Both the position numbers and the translations under genes were made by a program. Below, piece after piece: positions 1 through 15,272 of a stretch of DNA of 64,000 nt (position 1 is the stretch's first letter; every line of letters begins with the position of its first letter). The stretch lies in the NCBI GenBank assembly GCA_951406725.2, contig OX597815.1:170624001-170688000 (forward strand). Reading direction: 5' to 3'. This DNA is from Octopus vulgaris. Its lineage: Eukaryota. The notes under the pieces were generated by a model, which ran no database searches, was not told the origin of the DNA, and saw nothing but the letters and a program-made list of their open reading frames with translations.

Positions 1-168
1 ATCTAACCGCTGATTTACAGTTGTTGAATCGTATTTATCTATATAATTATTCATTTAGGTAATGATATGAGAATGAAAACGTAGAAACTTAATACTTGTC
101 GAACGGCACAGAAACAAATGCAGCAATTTTTAATTAAAGCCTGTTTTCCATCTGACATAAATTTGCAC

Positions 169-169
169 A

Positions 170-206
<37 letters not shown>

Positions 207-408
207 ACATACAAACACACACACAAGAATGCATACATAACAAACATATATAGATAGATAGACAGAAAGACAGACAGGTAGTTAGATAAATAGATTGATA
301 GATACATACATACATGCATACATACATACATACATGCATACATACATACATACATACATACACATACATACATACATACATACATACATACATACATACA
401 TACATACA
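169..408. repeat. Compound microsatellite (CA)n/(GATA)n/(CATA)n
   Basis: Directly visible simple repeats. Confidence 0.95.
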
Positions 409-1038
409 TGAAATAAAGGAGCATATGTTTAAAAGCGAAAATATTTTGGGCAAATTATTTTACAGAAGGTATCGCTCAGCCAATTGCTCGTCCTTTCCTT
501 TCTTCATGAGATAGGGAAAACTAATCCAAATAGCAGCCGATCGGCTATTACACCCGTCTCAAGTGTATAATTATTTATTTACAAATCTTCTGATCAATCA
601 AAAACTGGCTGTCGTTCACACGAAAGTACCAAAAATAATATTGTGTACAAGATATAATTCGGAACAAGAGATTGGCGATACATTTCTGTTAACGCTGTAG
701 TCGTTTGTTACTTCTGCAGTTAATATTCAGTTGCTCGGATAGTGAATACTTTTCATATTGATGCTCGCGGAATTCGTTTTGTGCAAGCAAAAGTTAACGG
801 GGAAAACGGTGAAAGAAAATATTTTGATAGTAGTTATCATATCGGAAATTCAAATGTATGATTAAGATTCTATTATGTTTAGCAGAAATACTATTGATAT
901 GGAAAGTGGAAGAATACAATGTTATGTAGAATAATTACTTCGGAAGTATGGTCAACATTATTCGGCATGCAATAGTGTCAAAATATTTACTCAGTGTGGA
1001 AACATTTGGCACATACTAAAAATGACGCCAACATAATC

Positions 1039-1346
<308 letters not shown>

Positions 1347-1767
1347 TATTCATGCATATAGAGACATAGATATGGATATATAAGAGTACTTGTATGTGTA
1401 TGTGATTCTATATGCATGTACAATAAAACTTCTTCACACAGACACATTAAAGGAAATATGTCCCTTACACTATTGCATGACAACAGAAAATCTGCTTATA
1501 ACCTCGAAGGACCGATATCGTGTGTAGTGTTATAACTTATACTATGACAAAAGATATAAATTCTACTCAAGTAAACTAGAATTCTAAGATAATATGAACG
1601 TAATGAATATAAAGCTAGCATCCACGGTGCCAAGTATAATACATCAATTTTTTCAGTTCGGAAGTGATTTAGACAGGATACTGCAATGTCTGTTGGGAAA
1701 CATATATAATGTTTCCTATTATATTTCAAAATTCTGTCAGTCAGTCTGCCTGCCTGTCTGTCTGTCT

Positions 1768-1846
<79 letters not shown>

Positions 1847-2113
1847 CATACATGCACATATGGGTACAGAACATCACCAACGCTGCAAATAACATGAAAT
1901 ACGTAAACAACGAGAAAAACGGAAATCAGGACAAGTTAACATAGGAAAAGGACCATTCATCAGTTGTTGGCTGTTTATGGGATCAAAGACAGTCGATCCC
2001 ATAAATTCTAAAATAGAATTTAGGATTTATGGGGGTTCAAATTTGGAAACATGTATACATGTGTGTATACATATATACACGCACAGGCTCATACAGACAC
2101 ACAGACACTCACA

Positions 2114-2165
<52 letters not shown>

Positions 2166-3307
2166 ATCAACACAATTAACAAACAATTCCAGTAAATGGA
2201 TTAAAATTGTAAAAATCAAGAAAAGGAACGAACGTGGGATGGGGCATGCACAAGAAATATATTAGGTTGATGCTCGGTAAAAGGATCGGTAAAAACAGAG
2301 AGTTTGAGATTTCGAGTACAGCTCTTCGTCGGAAAGGAGAAAGGGAAATGTGCAAAGAAGGAGAAGAAATTGTCAACGAACCGCGTTTTATTATAATATA
2401 ATATAATATATATATTTGTGTGTATGGGCCTCTATAGAGTGGATACTGAGAAAGAAAGACGCGCCCATAAACAGCGATGGATATCTGTAAAAAGTAGCTT
2501 TTGTGCTGGTCTGATCTAATGATCGTCTTTCCTGAATCATCTATATTAACTTGAAAAAATGTTATTAAATTTCTTGAAATTAACCGTTCTTGTCATTGCG
2601 TTTCGCTCACAATTACCACAAGGTATTTTGTTTTCTTACTTTCATTGAGCAGAGGATTTTGATTAATTAAAAATCGTTGTATATGATATTCAATGCGTCA
2701 CTCTTTCACATAATTAAACACAGAACTACAAGTACATAAACAACAGACACGCACACATTCAAATTCAAAGACATTATCTCTTTCACAAAAACATTTGTAT
2801 TTTATAAAAAAATAATAGGAATTCCATAACAATCGTTATTTAGCTTCTAAATAATTCTTCAATATCTTTTGTCTTCCTGCTTATCTTAGGTTTCCCTGGC
2901 TTTAAGAGAATGGGTGATAATTTTGCCGGTAGGTATAATGTCCTTCTGTCGCAGATAAGTTTTTCTACAAACAGATTTGAAGACATAAAAGCAAGTAGCC
3001 TAAAGCATTTTTGTTTTCAAATTGAGACTGCTATGGTTTGTTGAAGAGATAAACACCATTCAATTAAGAGGTACGTTGTCCTTGTTTAGCCCCAAGTCAA
3101 ACTTCACCTACCGAGCAATGATTATCACGTCTTTGTTTAAATCATAGTATATCTAGAACCACAATACCGAATATCTCTTTTCATCTGCAAGATTTTGACT
3201 TTGATTTCAATAAGCTGTCGCTTTATATTTAGCCGTTCGATTGATTGTGAAAAGATTTGATTATTGACACAATTGAGATAGCTGTTAAAGTTAAGTGAGC
3301 TGTAATA

Positions 3308-3904
3308 TTAGGTCGTCAGGTATGAAATTTGTAGTAAGGTATATGGTAAATTTTGATAGCAGCTCATTTTGCGCCATTATATTTTGACAATCTTTATTTT
3401 TTGTTAGAAAGCTGACACATCTATTTCATTATTCTAACTCATTTTGCGCTTTATAAAGTATTTATAAATCGTTTTTTGCTAATTTGTTTTAGAGATGGAT
3501 AAGTCGAAAATTCGTACAGTTTTGAAATACGAGTGCTTTCTTAGAAATACAGTATCACAGACAGCTCGAAATATTAATGGAGTATTTGGAGTTTGAAGTT
3601 CTCTGTCATCCACCATAGTCACCTGATCTTGCCCCCACTGACTACCACTTCTTCGAGAATGTGGATAACTTTTTGATAGGAAAAACATTTAATTCCAATG
3701 ATGCTGTAAAGCAGGCTTTACAAGATTTTATTGACTCTAAGATTGCCATTCTTTTACAGTTCCGGGCTGGGCAAGCTGCCGCTGAAATGGCAAAAGTGTA
3801 TTCACAGTATGGATGCATACTTTGATGAATAAAACTATTCCTTGTATTTGTAAAACATTAGCAAACTTTTTACTTTTCTACAAATTTCATACTTGACGAC
3901 CTAA
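3308..3904 (+). mobile_element. Internally deleted mariner (Tc1/mariner) DNA transposon
   Basis: TIRs ttaggtcgtcaggtatgaaatttgtag (3308) and ctacaaatttcatacttgacgacctaa (ends 3904), each flanked by TA. Interior keeps the transposase N-terminus (MDKSKIRTVLKYECFLRNTVSQTARNINGVFG) joined to the C-terminus (HPP*SPDLAPTDYHFF...LPLKWQKCIHSMDAYFDE*), i.e. the mariner YSPDLAP motif; the catalytic middle is missing. Confidence 0.92.
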
Positions 3905-6900
3905 TACCTAGTGGAAAGTGGATATTGACGTGACTTGGAGAGGGTACACTTACGGTGGGCTGACAGGATGTAGAATATTGAAAACACGTCTCGTCCGGTG
4001 TATGATACTGCTGAGAATGTGCCATTTGCAGCTGTCAATAAAATGTACAGATTACGTTTACGGGACGATATTGACTGCTAATATATGGATCCCCCAAAAT
4101 AGAACTTAAAGGCTGGATTGTACCATAAAATACAACACGAGGAGAAATACCTTCAACCTAGGATTTATTGAGCTGACATAGTGGTATCACGTGAAGTTTG
4201 ATACAAATAAGTTAACTATCAAATTTACCGATCGTCTCAAACAAGAATGCATTGTTAAAAAATTATGATATAAAAAATCGCTCAGGTGTTTTCTATGCTT
4301 ATAGCAAAATAAAATTAATATCTGAAAATCTCATAGTTGTGCATGAAATAGTATGTAATCGTTTACAGCAAGTTTATTGCAAATTGGTTATTTTATCAAG
4401 AAAGTTCGGGGCTTCATTTAAACTGGTTCTTCTAATAGTACGAAATATGCCATAATTACAAATTGGCGACTTAAATATGACAAAATATTCATATGAAAAT
4501 ATGAGTCTTATGAAGTTTTACCATGACAATAAAAGTGGTGTACAATATAAGTATGTATAAGATCAATGCTAGATAACACTCACTATGTAATATACCATAT
4601 GATAAATATAGCTTCATACGTCTACATAGAAAAATGTTCCACATTCAGTCATTATGATATAATTGCATAAATATATAATTAAATAAATAAAGAAGCAAAG
4701 AATGCGTTGGCGCCATATTTCATATTTATTTCAACTGTCGTTCATAAAATGAATCAACAAAGTGTCAGACGATATGAAAAATACACGATATTTCGCACGC
4801 CATCGCATTGAGTTACATGATATTAACCATCAAGATACGGCAAACATCCTAGTCTATCGTCTGAATACCTATGATCACGATTCAGAGATTTCGAGACTGG
4901 TAGCAAGAAATTATCCTTAAAACTAGGAGTATGCTTCGAATGCTCCCAACAGAATAGACTCCACAAAGGGGTCGGGTTGGACGATACATTTTGTTCTATC
5001 AGTTAAGATTTAATGTATGTTTGATCAATTGACTGTCATTCAGAAGAACGTTGATGTTCTAAGCCTCCTTTGGTCAAGGTTGACCATACAGCAGCAAATT
5101 TATGGGTAGGCTGAGGCAAGATTAAGATTTTTTGAGAAAGACTAACAGTTGCCACTACATGTAAAGCTCCCCTCTTCACCCCCTTCACGCTACCAAAGAT
5201 TATTCAGTGTTGAAAAGCTGTATCGCCCCAAGTCATCGGCTGATACAGCATCGTACAAGTGTCTTTTCAAACGTTATTTTCATTTTTGCGATGAATCGGA
5301 AAAATATATCTAGGAAACTTGCCCGACCTCCTAACAATTTCTTTGGTTCCGGTATCCTAGTTATCGACTCCGGCAAAACGAAAGTCAAAATTGTTATTAG
5401 CAGAATTCGAACTCAGAGCGCAGATAAAACAAATACTGCGAATCATTCTATCTGATACCAACAAATCTACCAGTATACTGCGATAAATGCATTCAACCAC
5501 TCCTATGCGCCATTATAGAAGCATTCACACTGTGAAACTACATCAATTTATTTTGTCGCCGACACACCGACGTAAACTAAATATAAATGACTGACTTCAC
5601 AAATAATTATTGTTTTAACATCATGAGAATAGATTTATTTTAGTGCCATAAAATAAAACAATGGAACGGACATTTTTATGTTTAAATGTTTTCATTGCAT
5701 AGTTTTCATTAAATGGTTTTCATTTAAAATCCTGTTTTCATTTAATTTCCTAAATCAAATCTTAGAAAAAATATACCATCCTCTAAACAGAAAAAATACC
5801 GTAACATCTCTTCTTAATTGCTTTGCTGAAATGTTATAATTTTTTTTTATTTAGAAGGGCGGCTTTAGTAAGGGATGAAATAATATATGACATATATTTA
5901 TATCCACTAATGTTGTGCGTAAAAACGGCACCAGAGAAGATTGTATTTCATGTCACAAGTATCGATCGAATAAGTGTTAATATAAGGAATTTGTATTATT
6001 TTTTGCACTTTAAATTAAAAGAAATCCAGGGCATTAAATTCACTCGTGCTGCACTCAGACGCAAGGTGTATAAAATTTATGTATCTGAAAATTAACTTCC
6101 CTCAGACCTTTCTTATAAAGAAAATAAAAAAAAAGATGGTTTTATTTTCTTATAAGAATATAATGGTCACCTGACATTTCAAATCACATCTAAAACGTCT
6201 GGCAAAGATATCTAATTAAGAGATAAAACAATAATAAAACCCCATTCCTTTGTATCGCTAAGAAATAGTTCTTTCTCATTGAGAAATTTAGCGAAAGCAA
6301 TGTCTTTTCAGTCGATATATCAGACTGTACCTGGTATGGCAATATTTTAAACTAAGTTACTCACCTACGGCCATCATCCAATTGTGGTTTCTCAAATCCA
6401 ATATCAAAAGGTATGAACTACGCTATATCAACGTCTATATGCTAATAGTCTCTGTTACGTCTCACACATACCCGTAATAATAATAGCATGCTTACTGTAG
6501 TTGTCGGTTTCAATAACACTCGCTCCTATTTAGATGAACTCCTTATCCCTTTTAATCTTCTGCATACAAAAGTTATTTGCTTGCAATCTAGATATCACTT
6601 AATAACAATACACCCCCCTCTGATGATATAGATAGAATCATTCTCTAATGAGATCATTGAAATCTTAGTTCATTAAATGGCAAAAAGACATAATTACTGC
6701 TCATATCACTAAACACTCTTGTATCTCATACTTTCGGGCGTTGAGCAGCATTTAAATCCTTCAAAACTGCTGGAAGTTTCTCTCCCTAAAAACTTTTAGT
6801 AAAATTTCTTTCCGATCTTACATTCATAGCATCACTAAACATCTATTACGATAATTAGCTTTCGTTTCAGTGACAGAAAAGTACATCCGCTACAATTAAT

Positions 6901-7439
6901 TGATGATCTTTTACATGATCGAAGCAGGACCAATAGTTGATAACTGCTGTCACGCGCTCAAACTTTCTAGACTGTAGACTGCATCTAATTGAGGGTTTAT
7001 TCAAATGATTGGCAAAGTTCCACTCTCCAACGAGTAGTCAACAGACGCAACATTTTTTTCTCTCTTGTTTAATTTTCATATAATAGTTTATGCATCTCAA
7101 CCCGCCAAATACTATCATTTTAATCATGCCTAACAACCTCAGGTTACCCTTACTCTGTCTCACAACTGATAAACTTATACACAATCCTTCCTTCAGCCTT
7201 CAGGACTTTCCATCATGCTAATTTTATTTGTACACAGACGACTTAAATTACAGACGTTCAAGGTAACAAATAAATCACATCAACTATAGCTATATTTTAG
7301 ACATACTAAACTACTACACCAGTTGCTGAGCAAAATAAGAAAAATGGATCAGAAGTAAAAGGTAGCTTAGTGGACACTTCTTTTGTATGATCTACTTCGC
7401 TAATGATAATGATGATGATGATGATGATGTTCTAGTGTG

Positions 7440-7640
7440 AGCATAAGGTCAGCAATTTTGACGGGGTAGAACAAGTCAATCCAATCGACTCCAGTTCTCC
7501 ACTAGTGTTTTATTTTATATATCCCTGTGGGATGAAAAGCAAAGCCGACTTCAGGAAGGTTTGAACCCAGAAGTTAATGAGTTGATGAAGTACAGCAAGG
7601 CTTTTTGTCTGAAGTTCTAAGCATCAGAGCCTGATGATTT
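7440..7640 (-). mobile_element. Decayed SINE, family B
   Basis: Matches the family B consensus (cagcaatttt...gtcgattacatcgacccc...ggatgaaaggcaaagtcgac...tttgaactcagaa) seen intact at 50560-50800. Confidence 0.6.
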
Positions 7641-9103
7641 TGCAACATCGCCAAGAGCATGGACAATAAAGATATTTTTAAAATGAAATATATCCGAGAA
7701 TATAACCGAAATAAAAAAAAATAAATTAACTTAAAACAATTTCTTGAGTACTCAAGTAAGTACAAAGTTAGTCTATTGTATATATTGCATGTGATTATAT
7801 TATATCATATTGATTACATTATTTTGAAATAATTTTCATCTTCGAAAATAAATCTGCGTGTCATGCAAAATAGAGTGGATTGAAATCGAATACAAAGAAA
7901 CAAAACGAAATGATCGTAGTACATACGCTTGATACACTCTTACACGTATTATAGATGTTACAAATGGTTACCATACAAGTAATAGTACACATACGCAAAG
8001 CTATGAAGCAAATATCAAAAATGTAAAGAGCATTTGACGACAAATAGTAGAAACGAACTTACAACGAAGTCGACACTGCTTAATAATATTAACCATGACT
8101 AAGTCAATAAGCAACAAAACATTGTCGGCCGGGTTTGATGGATATATTAATGTGAGTTTAATGTAAGTTCGGTGTAAATGCAATGTAACTCCAAGATCAC
8201 TGTCTCCTATCATATGCTTAACATCCAAAATAAAGGCCTATCTATTATTGCTAGCTTCTAAAATAAAATGGAAATTAAAACAGGAAGCTATATCAATGAA
8301 TACAACATTGAAGTGTTACGTTAGACATCAGCACTACATTAGATATATATGCATTAAATAGGAACAATATGCTGTAGAGAAAAAATATTGTATTGAACAT
8401 TTCGTTGCACATAAAATAACAATATCAAAAAATAAACTGAGAAGATAGAACACAAAGAATATAATGTAAACATTGCAAAGCAACGGATTAGTCACACAAG
8501 AAACGACCTATGGAAACCAGCATCTTATCACGAATTACCACAGACGCATCACATAAGTATCCACAGAGCACAGACAACAATAGAACAGAAGCCAAACGCA
8601 ATAAATAAGTACGCAATACACACAGAAAATACAACGGAACTCACTACAGTATCACAAACAAGGAATTGTAGCAAAGCTAAAACGGTAGCAAATAAAATAC
8701 AACATGAAATGTATAAAGTCCCTATAGAGCGGTTGAACCAAATATTCAATTTTCTTCGACTTTGCATTTGGAAACGAACAGGATTAAAATACAAGCATCA
8801 CAACAGACCAACACGAGGTAATGTCATGGAAGACCGAACAGAAACAATACACAATACAAGAAAACGTAAAGAATTCGATGGATCTGGATCAACATAACTG
8901 CTTGACCTGCTACGTACAAGTCAGCTACTTTAAGAACGTATATGAACGTAAAGTGCCACAAGTAATTCTGTTCACTGGAACAAACTACTCGAATGTCAAC
9001 AAACAGAATGATGTATATTCGGATGCACTAGCAATGAGGAGGGGAAAAAAGGGCTTGATTCTGATCGTGTCACACTCAACCAAACTCACACCTCACAAAC
9101 AGA

Positions 9104-9155
<52 letters not shown>

Positions 9156-10054
9156 GCTACCAGGAAATAAAACGCAACACATAAAATTGAAAACTTAAGA
9201 AAGACTTACCTTGTTTGCCAAATGGAAAATGAGCGGTCGACGCATAAAAAGAAGAAGAAAAGAAATCCAAATAAAAACAATGTATAATATCATGAAAAAA
9301 TGAAAATAATTGGAATAAAAAATGTATCAGCAAGCGTATGCAGTATAAGATGCTTCAAGGAAGCAAATATTTGATTCATAGGCCAAAACATATACATAGA
9401 AAATTATGACTGATCACAACCATCAAAAATATAAGTATAACGTCAGGAATTATGGAAACGATATATTTAGAATTGCCGCGATCCGTTGCATTACAAATGC
9501 CATCTTATGACCAATAATTATTTCTTTATTGCCCACAGGGTGCTAAACACAGAGGGGACAAATAATATCAGCACAACCTTTTCCATTGCTATTAACGCCA
9601 TTTACAGAATTTCTATTTGGAAAATATACGTGTGTATATATAAGTACTATTGCTGCTGCTTTTGTTGTTTTGACATGACAAAACGACTTACTAGTATTGT
9701 TTACGCTAGTGTCATTGTCCGTAAAATCCTTTGAAAGTGTCTTACTGTAAAATATTCTTTTTTTTTTTTATTCTGCTTTTTTTTTAGTGTAGCTGCTACT
9801 CTATTTTATCAGAAAGATGTTGTCTATGTTTTGTAACCACATGCAAGAAACGTGAACATGGAAAAAAATCCATGTTCAAAAAAGCCTTCACTCACCTTTT
9901 GACAAACCAAATTCACAAAAAGCAATCCTATCACCTTTTTTTATATTTTTATATATACAGCAGCTGAAGACACGAAACAAAAATAAACATCCAATTCTTA
10001 GATGAAATTGTAAGTTGAACATGTGCTACCTTTAACACGTTTTGTCAGGGAATG

Positions 10055-10343
10055 ATTATTATTATTATTATTAGTAGTAGTGGTAGTAGTATTAGTAGTA
10101 GTAATAGTAGTAGTAGTGGTGGGAGTAATTGTAGTAGTAATAGTAGTAGTAAGAGTAGTAATAGTAGTAGTATTAGTAATAATAATAGTAGTAATAGTAG
10201 TAGTAGTAGTAGTAGTAGTAGAGGTGGTAGTAGTAGTATAGGTGGTAGTAGTAGTAGTAGTAGTAGTATGAAGATGGTGATGGTGATGATGTATTTAATA
10301 AAATTGCTGGTGATGATTATGATATTCGTTTATGTATTTTAAT

Positions 10344-10389
<46 letters not shown>

Positions 10390-10401
10390 TTAATAATGAT
10401 G

Positions 10402-10450
<49 letters not shown>

Positions 10451-10483
10451 TAATAATAATAATGATGATGATAATAATAATAA
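10055..10483. repeat. Compound trinucleotide microsatellite (ATT)/(AGT)/(GGT)/(AAT)/(GAT)
   Basis: Directly visible; explains the poly-S and poly-N ORFs in the track. Confidence 0.95.
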
Positions 10484-11284
10484 TTCATTGAATATTCAGA
10501 CGAATTTAGAATAAAATCAATAGTTTTCTATGCCGAGCATCTGTATCATCTATACCCATTAATAACAAAGCTGTATTATAAATTAATAAATATCAACGAC
10601 ATGACTATTCCGTTACAAGTTTTGTTTACCTCGTCACCATCATTATCATCTCACACGAATACCATACAAAAAAGAAATTACTTAAAAGACATGAAAAGAA
10701 AAAAATTGAAGATACTTTACAATATTTTAAAAGAAAACAACCTGAATAACAAAACACAAATAAAATTTTAGAAAGCAATAACAGAACTATTCCGTATATT
10801 TCATCACGAACGCCTGCAGCAAGTCTACTTCTCGATAATGAAGATGCGTTGCCTTCAGTTTTCCTGATGAAAAATATCTACTTTTAATATCGAACATGAC
10901 AGCTACCAAGCAGAATAAGTCAAGCATTATCCGCTCTCCAATCGTCACCACTACAACTGCTAATATGCACATATTGTTATATGTAAATCCGTAGGAAGAC
11001 TATAGCATCTAAATAAGATATGGGGATTTTTTTCTATTAAACACGTCCCATTATTTCAATGAATATTTTAATTGCGATTAATCACAATAATGTTAAACAG
11101 AAAGTTGTAAAAAATTTTGTTGGGTACATCGAGTATTTGTAAACTGCTTACTTCGTATTTATTTCATCGCCCAGAGAAATAAAGGTACATTTCTGAACTG
11201 AGAATAGAAAAATATGTAACATTTTACTGTATTTTCCACGCAACCCAAATCATCACTGCAGAAATTTTAATAATATCCTTTTCT

Positions 11285-12050
11285 AATTTTGACACAAAGT
11301 AAGCAATTTTGATGTGAACAGGTCGTCTATCACATCGACCTCAGTACTCAACTTGTACTTATTTTTTCTGTTCCAAATGGATAAAAGCAAAGTCAACCTC
11401 GACGGAAAATACACTGAAAACGAAAATGTGGTCGGACAAAAATGTTACCAAGAATCTTTTGTGTGTCGCGTTAATGATTTGACCAGCTCACCGTTTTAGC
11501 AATTCTAAAAATATTAATTTTATATAAATACAAGGCTTCAGATGTAGGGAGTGGGGTTAGTTGATTATATCGATCCTATTAGTTACTTCAATAGTACATA
11601 ATTTTATTCACAATGGGAGGATAAAATGCAGATTTGAATTCTCTTGACAGAAAATAAACGTCCGTGACTAAATGCCACAAAGTACGGTGTCTGACACAAA
11701 CAATTCAGTCAACTATTGATTTCTAACATGCACAGGGGGCCTCGCCTCTGGGAACGAGTAAAGTGGATTATATCAAGAAATGCATTTAACTGGCCACGTA
11801 ATTTTGTCGAACCTCAAGAGATATACGGTAATATTAAACTCGGTCAGAAGGTATTTCGAATGAAGTTCAACTGAATATCAGTTAACTATCGCTACAATTA
11901 TAATATTAATTTCTTAGCCAAACACAAGGACAGAGTTGGGAAAAGTGGTAAGTCAATTAAATTATACCCTTATTGCCTGGTATTTGGTTTTGTCAAACCC
12001 ATAAAATATGAAGTTGATCTCGCAAGAATTTGGAATCTATAAAACGACTA
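11285..12050 (-). mobile_element. Cluster of about four decayed family B SINE fragments
   Basis: Repeated degenerate cacaagg...gtcgattatatcgacc...tacttattttatcgacc...aaagtcgacctcg motif near 11290, 11530, 11730 and 11920. Confidence 0.5.
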
Positions 12051-12129
12051 GAACTAAAATTTGTAAAAACCCTTTAGGTGTCTGACAACTCTACCAATCC
12101 GATATAATTGTTAATTGTCCATTTGTTTG

Positions 12130-14150
12130 TTATAATAATGTTCTAGATGAAACAGCACCAATTAATCTTCGGGATCTTCATTCATTTACATTTTACATTG
12201 TATTTTCAAGTTTTCAATGTTTGTCCATCTTGGAAGTCGATGTAGTAATGAGTTGATCTTACTGGTTATATCCGGTTGAAGAGACTTATTAAATGACGTT
12301 GAAGTTAAACATGTCAACGAGAGTCTTAAATACACACCATATGATATATAGTTTCTGAATGGATTTTACTAGTTGGATCCATTGAAAGCTTTGTAACATA
12401 GAGTTTGCACTGAACTGCGAGCTGATAAAACCTCCGTTTGGTGATAACATATTTCTGTTTCATGACATTCTGATGAATTATACAATGCTCTCTAGCGAAA
12501 TATCAGGAATACTTTTAACTATGACATCTCGCTCACTTCTGCATATTGCAGATTTGAACTTCAAGGCCTTATCGAGAGACTTATATTTCAAAGAGGTATT
12601 ATATTATTGGGAAATCTAAATATTGGGAATTTTTATTATGAGAAGAAATGTATTCGATCAGGCATATCGTTAACAATGCTGCTGCCTCCCTTGTGAAGAC
12701 ACTTCTGATAAGCTTTAGAAGTGGCTAACAAAATCTTACAGGTATTAGAAGTCAGTGTTATAGAACATATATTATGATTTTCGAGTTATTTAGTACATGT
12801 ATGTTTGGAATTGGCCCTGCTTGCAGTTCTGTGAAATGAATACAGGGCAGATTTTATTAGAATTTTGGTCTCAATGTATATATTTTATATAATTCGCCAT
12901 ATCACCATCGAATAACATCTCACTGACTAATCTCGCAGATACAATCCTTCAAGGCATGTGGAAGAATAGAAAAATGAATGTAAGAGATGTGTATTTTGAT
13001 GGATATAAAACGACTACAGACTTTATTGCCACCTTGCTCTTAACTGTAAACATTTGGTTCCTGCTTGTCTGGTTATGTTAATGGTTTTGATATTGTCGTA
13101 TAAAATCCGATGGTCCACATAATCAAAACCATTGTGAAAATTCATATAAAGATAGTCGATATTTCTGTCAAGGGATAAAAATGTCAAATTCTGTTCATAG
13201 TTCTGAAGTTGCGTGGCCAACGTTATGTAGATTGAAGCTAAGTGGAGCATTATAAATATTCTGCACAAGTAATCATAGTTGCACAGATTATTTGTTGTAA
13301 TACTATAGTTATATAAAATATGAGGGATGTAACTACATGCAACCCAGCCTACCTCTTCTACAAAATTTCAGAAATATAGTAAAATTAACGTTTGTCAGCG
13401 TTTAATTCTGGTGCCCAGAAACTTTAGTAAAATAATGTTCGATCGATTCACTACCACAATTTTGCATGCTGGGGCTCATTTGATGTAAAAAGAATTTATG
13501 AAGTTCCATGAGAGTTTTGCGAGAGCATGAGTTGAATACCTACTGTCATACCAATGAATACTTCCTGACAGTCAGTGTTTACAGTTTTAGTGCGAATAGA
13601 AGACCATTTTATATTGGATTTTGAGAATGTGCAATATCTCATCTGGACCGTTGGTGTGTTTTATATCCAAACACTGTCATCGTATTGTTTTGGCCGAAGA
13701 TTTAAATAAAAAGAATCCAATTCTCTGAATAATGTTTTTAACTTAAAATTATTCTATTTCAATAGAACTTGAGGTTTTGATAAATGAAATGTTGTGAATA
13801 CACACGTATTATTTTTTTAATCTTAAATTTGCAATTTCTCTGCGGTTAACGTCGAATCTATTTTCCTTATGTCGCTTTCAAAATGAAAATGTTGTTCTAA
13901 GGTCGCTATCCCCAACAATAGTAAGCTCTATAGTAGCGTGTTCAGAATTAACAATAGGGGTTATCTTAAACTTCTAATAGGACCAATGTCATTCACTACC
14001 ATGCTGTGAACAATGTTGTTCTTTAAGAATATAATTTGTTATAGTAAGACGTATGAGGTATGATAAAGGAATTTTAACAATTGTAGCATGCTTCGCTGCA
14101 ACATATGTGGATGTAATCTTCAAAAAACTGAACTGTGTGACATATTAACC
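12130..14150 (-). pseudogene. Highly decayed CR1-group LINE ORF2 remnant
   Basis: ORF 13023..13268 (-) contains IDYLYMNFHNGFDYVDHRIL, homologous to VDVIYLDFAKAFDKVDHGMI of the LINE at 45.9-48.3 kb. Boundaries approximate. Confidence 0.55.
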
Positions 14151-14369
14151 AGCCAGCATGATGCATATGCTTTCGGTAATTTGTTGGAAACGTGAGTATT
14201 TTTAATTAATGTCTCGAAGTTATTTTGGTGTAGGAGTTTATCGAAAACTTTTTATTCAATCAACTAATAATAAATATGCTGCTGCTGCTGATGATGAAAA
14301 TGATGGTGATGACGAAGATGATGATCTTGATAATAATAAAAATAATAATACTTTCTACTATAGGAACCA

Positions 14370-14600
14370 GGCCAGAAACTTGGTGGAGGGGGTAAATCGA
14401 TTACATCGAACCCAGTACTCAGCTGTTACTTGTTTCATCGTCCCCGAAAGGAAGAAAGGCAAAGTCGACCTCGGCGAAATTTGAACTCAGTATATAAAGA
14501 CGGATATATAGTAGAAGACACTTGCCCAAACTATCACGGTGTGTGACTGAACCCAGAACCGCTGCTTAGCAACCAAGCTTATGACCACTCAGCGAAGCCT
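14370..14600 (-). mobile_element. Family B SINE fragment followed by a family A-like SINE head fragment
   Basis: aatcgattacatcgaacccagtactc...ccccgaaaggaagaaaggcaaagtcgacctcggcgaaatttgaactcag, then tagtagaagacacttgcccaa...gactgaaccc. Confidence 0.7.
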
Positions 14601-14823
14601 GAGTTTGTGTAACAGCCTTAGCTTTTTATCTTTTATGTCTTACTTTGTGCAAAATCGACCCCAAAACTTACTTTGAAAATCTGGTGCTTATTCATTCATT
14701 CACGTTTGCCAAATTGCAAAGATTATTCGTGGAATAATTAATTTTCTAAATGAAATCTCTAAAATTTGCTTCGTTCGAAGTATAACAAAGAAAAGCTTTA
14801 TTAAATAAATATATACATATATG

Positions 14824-15080
14824 TTGGGTTGATGCATAATTATTGCATTTTATACAACAATTATTGCATTTTATTCAACAAAAACATTAACAACATGTAG
14901 CAAAAACATCTTTAAATGACTATTCCGGAGCATATTCACCGTCTGCTCCAATTACCGCTTCCTATTTACTTGGCAGACAGTTAAAACGTCATTTGAAGAC
15001 ATTTTTGTTAAATATTGTTATAGTTATAGTTAAATAAAATTTGTTGATAAAAAACCCGCAATAATTATGCACCAACCCAA
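14824..15080 (-). mobile_element. Mariner-derived MITE (about 257 bp)
   Basis: TIRs ttgggttgatgcataattattgc and gcaataattatgcaccaacccaa, TA on the right. Minus strand keeps a transposase C-terminus remnant, CLPSK*EAVIGADGEYAPE*. Confidence 0.85.
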
Positions 15081-15272
15081 TATATATATATAAAGAGATA
15101 CCCAGTATTCATTCTTTATCGAGTGAAAAAACGGTATGGACGATTTGTTTTGGAGTCTGGCAATACCATGTACGCCTATGAGGATTTACTTTCCCAAAGA
15201 AACCTGTTTTTTCTCAAACTTTTTCTCAAACCTGTTATAATGTGATACATGCCTTTGGTGTGGTAATTGTAC

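Noticed and set aside
535-546. 12-bp palindrome agccgatcggct
   Set aside because: Too short to be significant in 64 kb.
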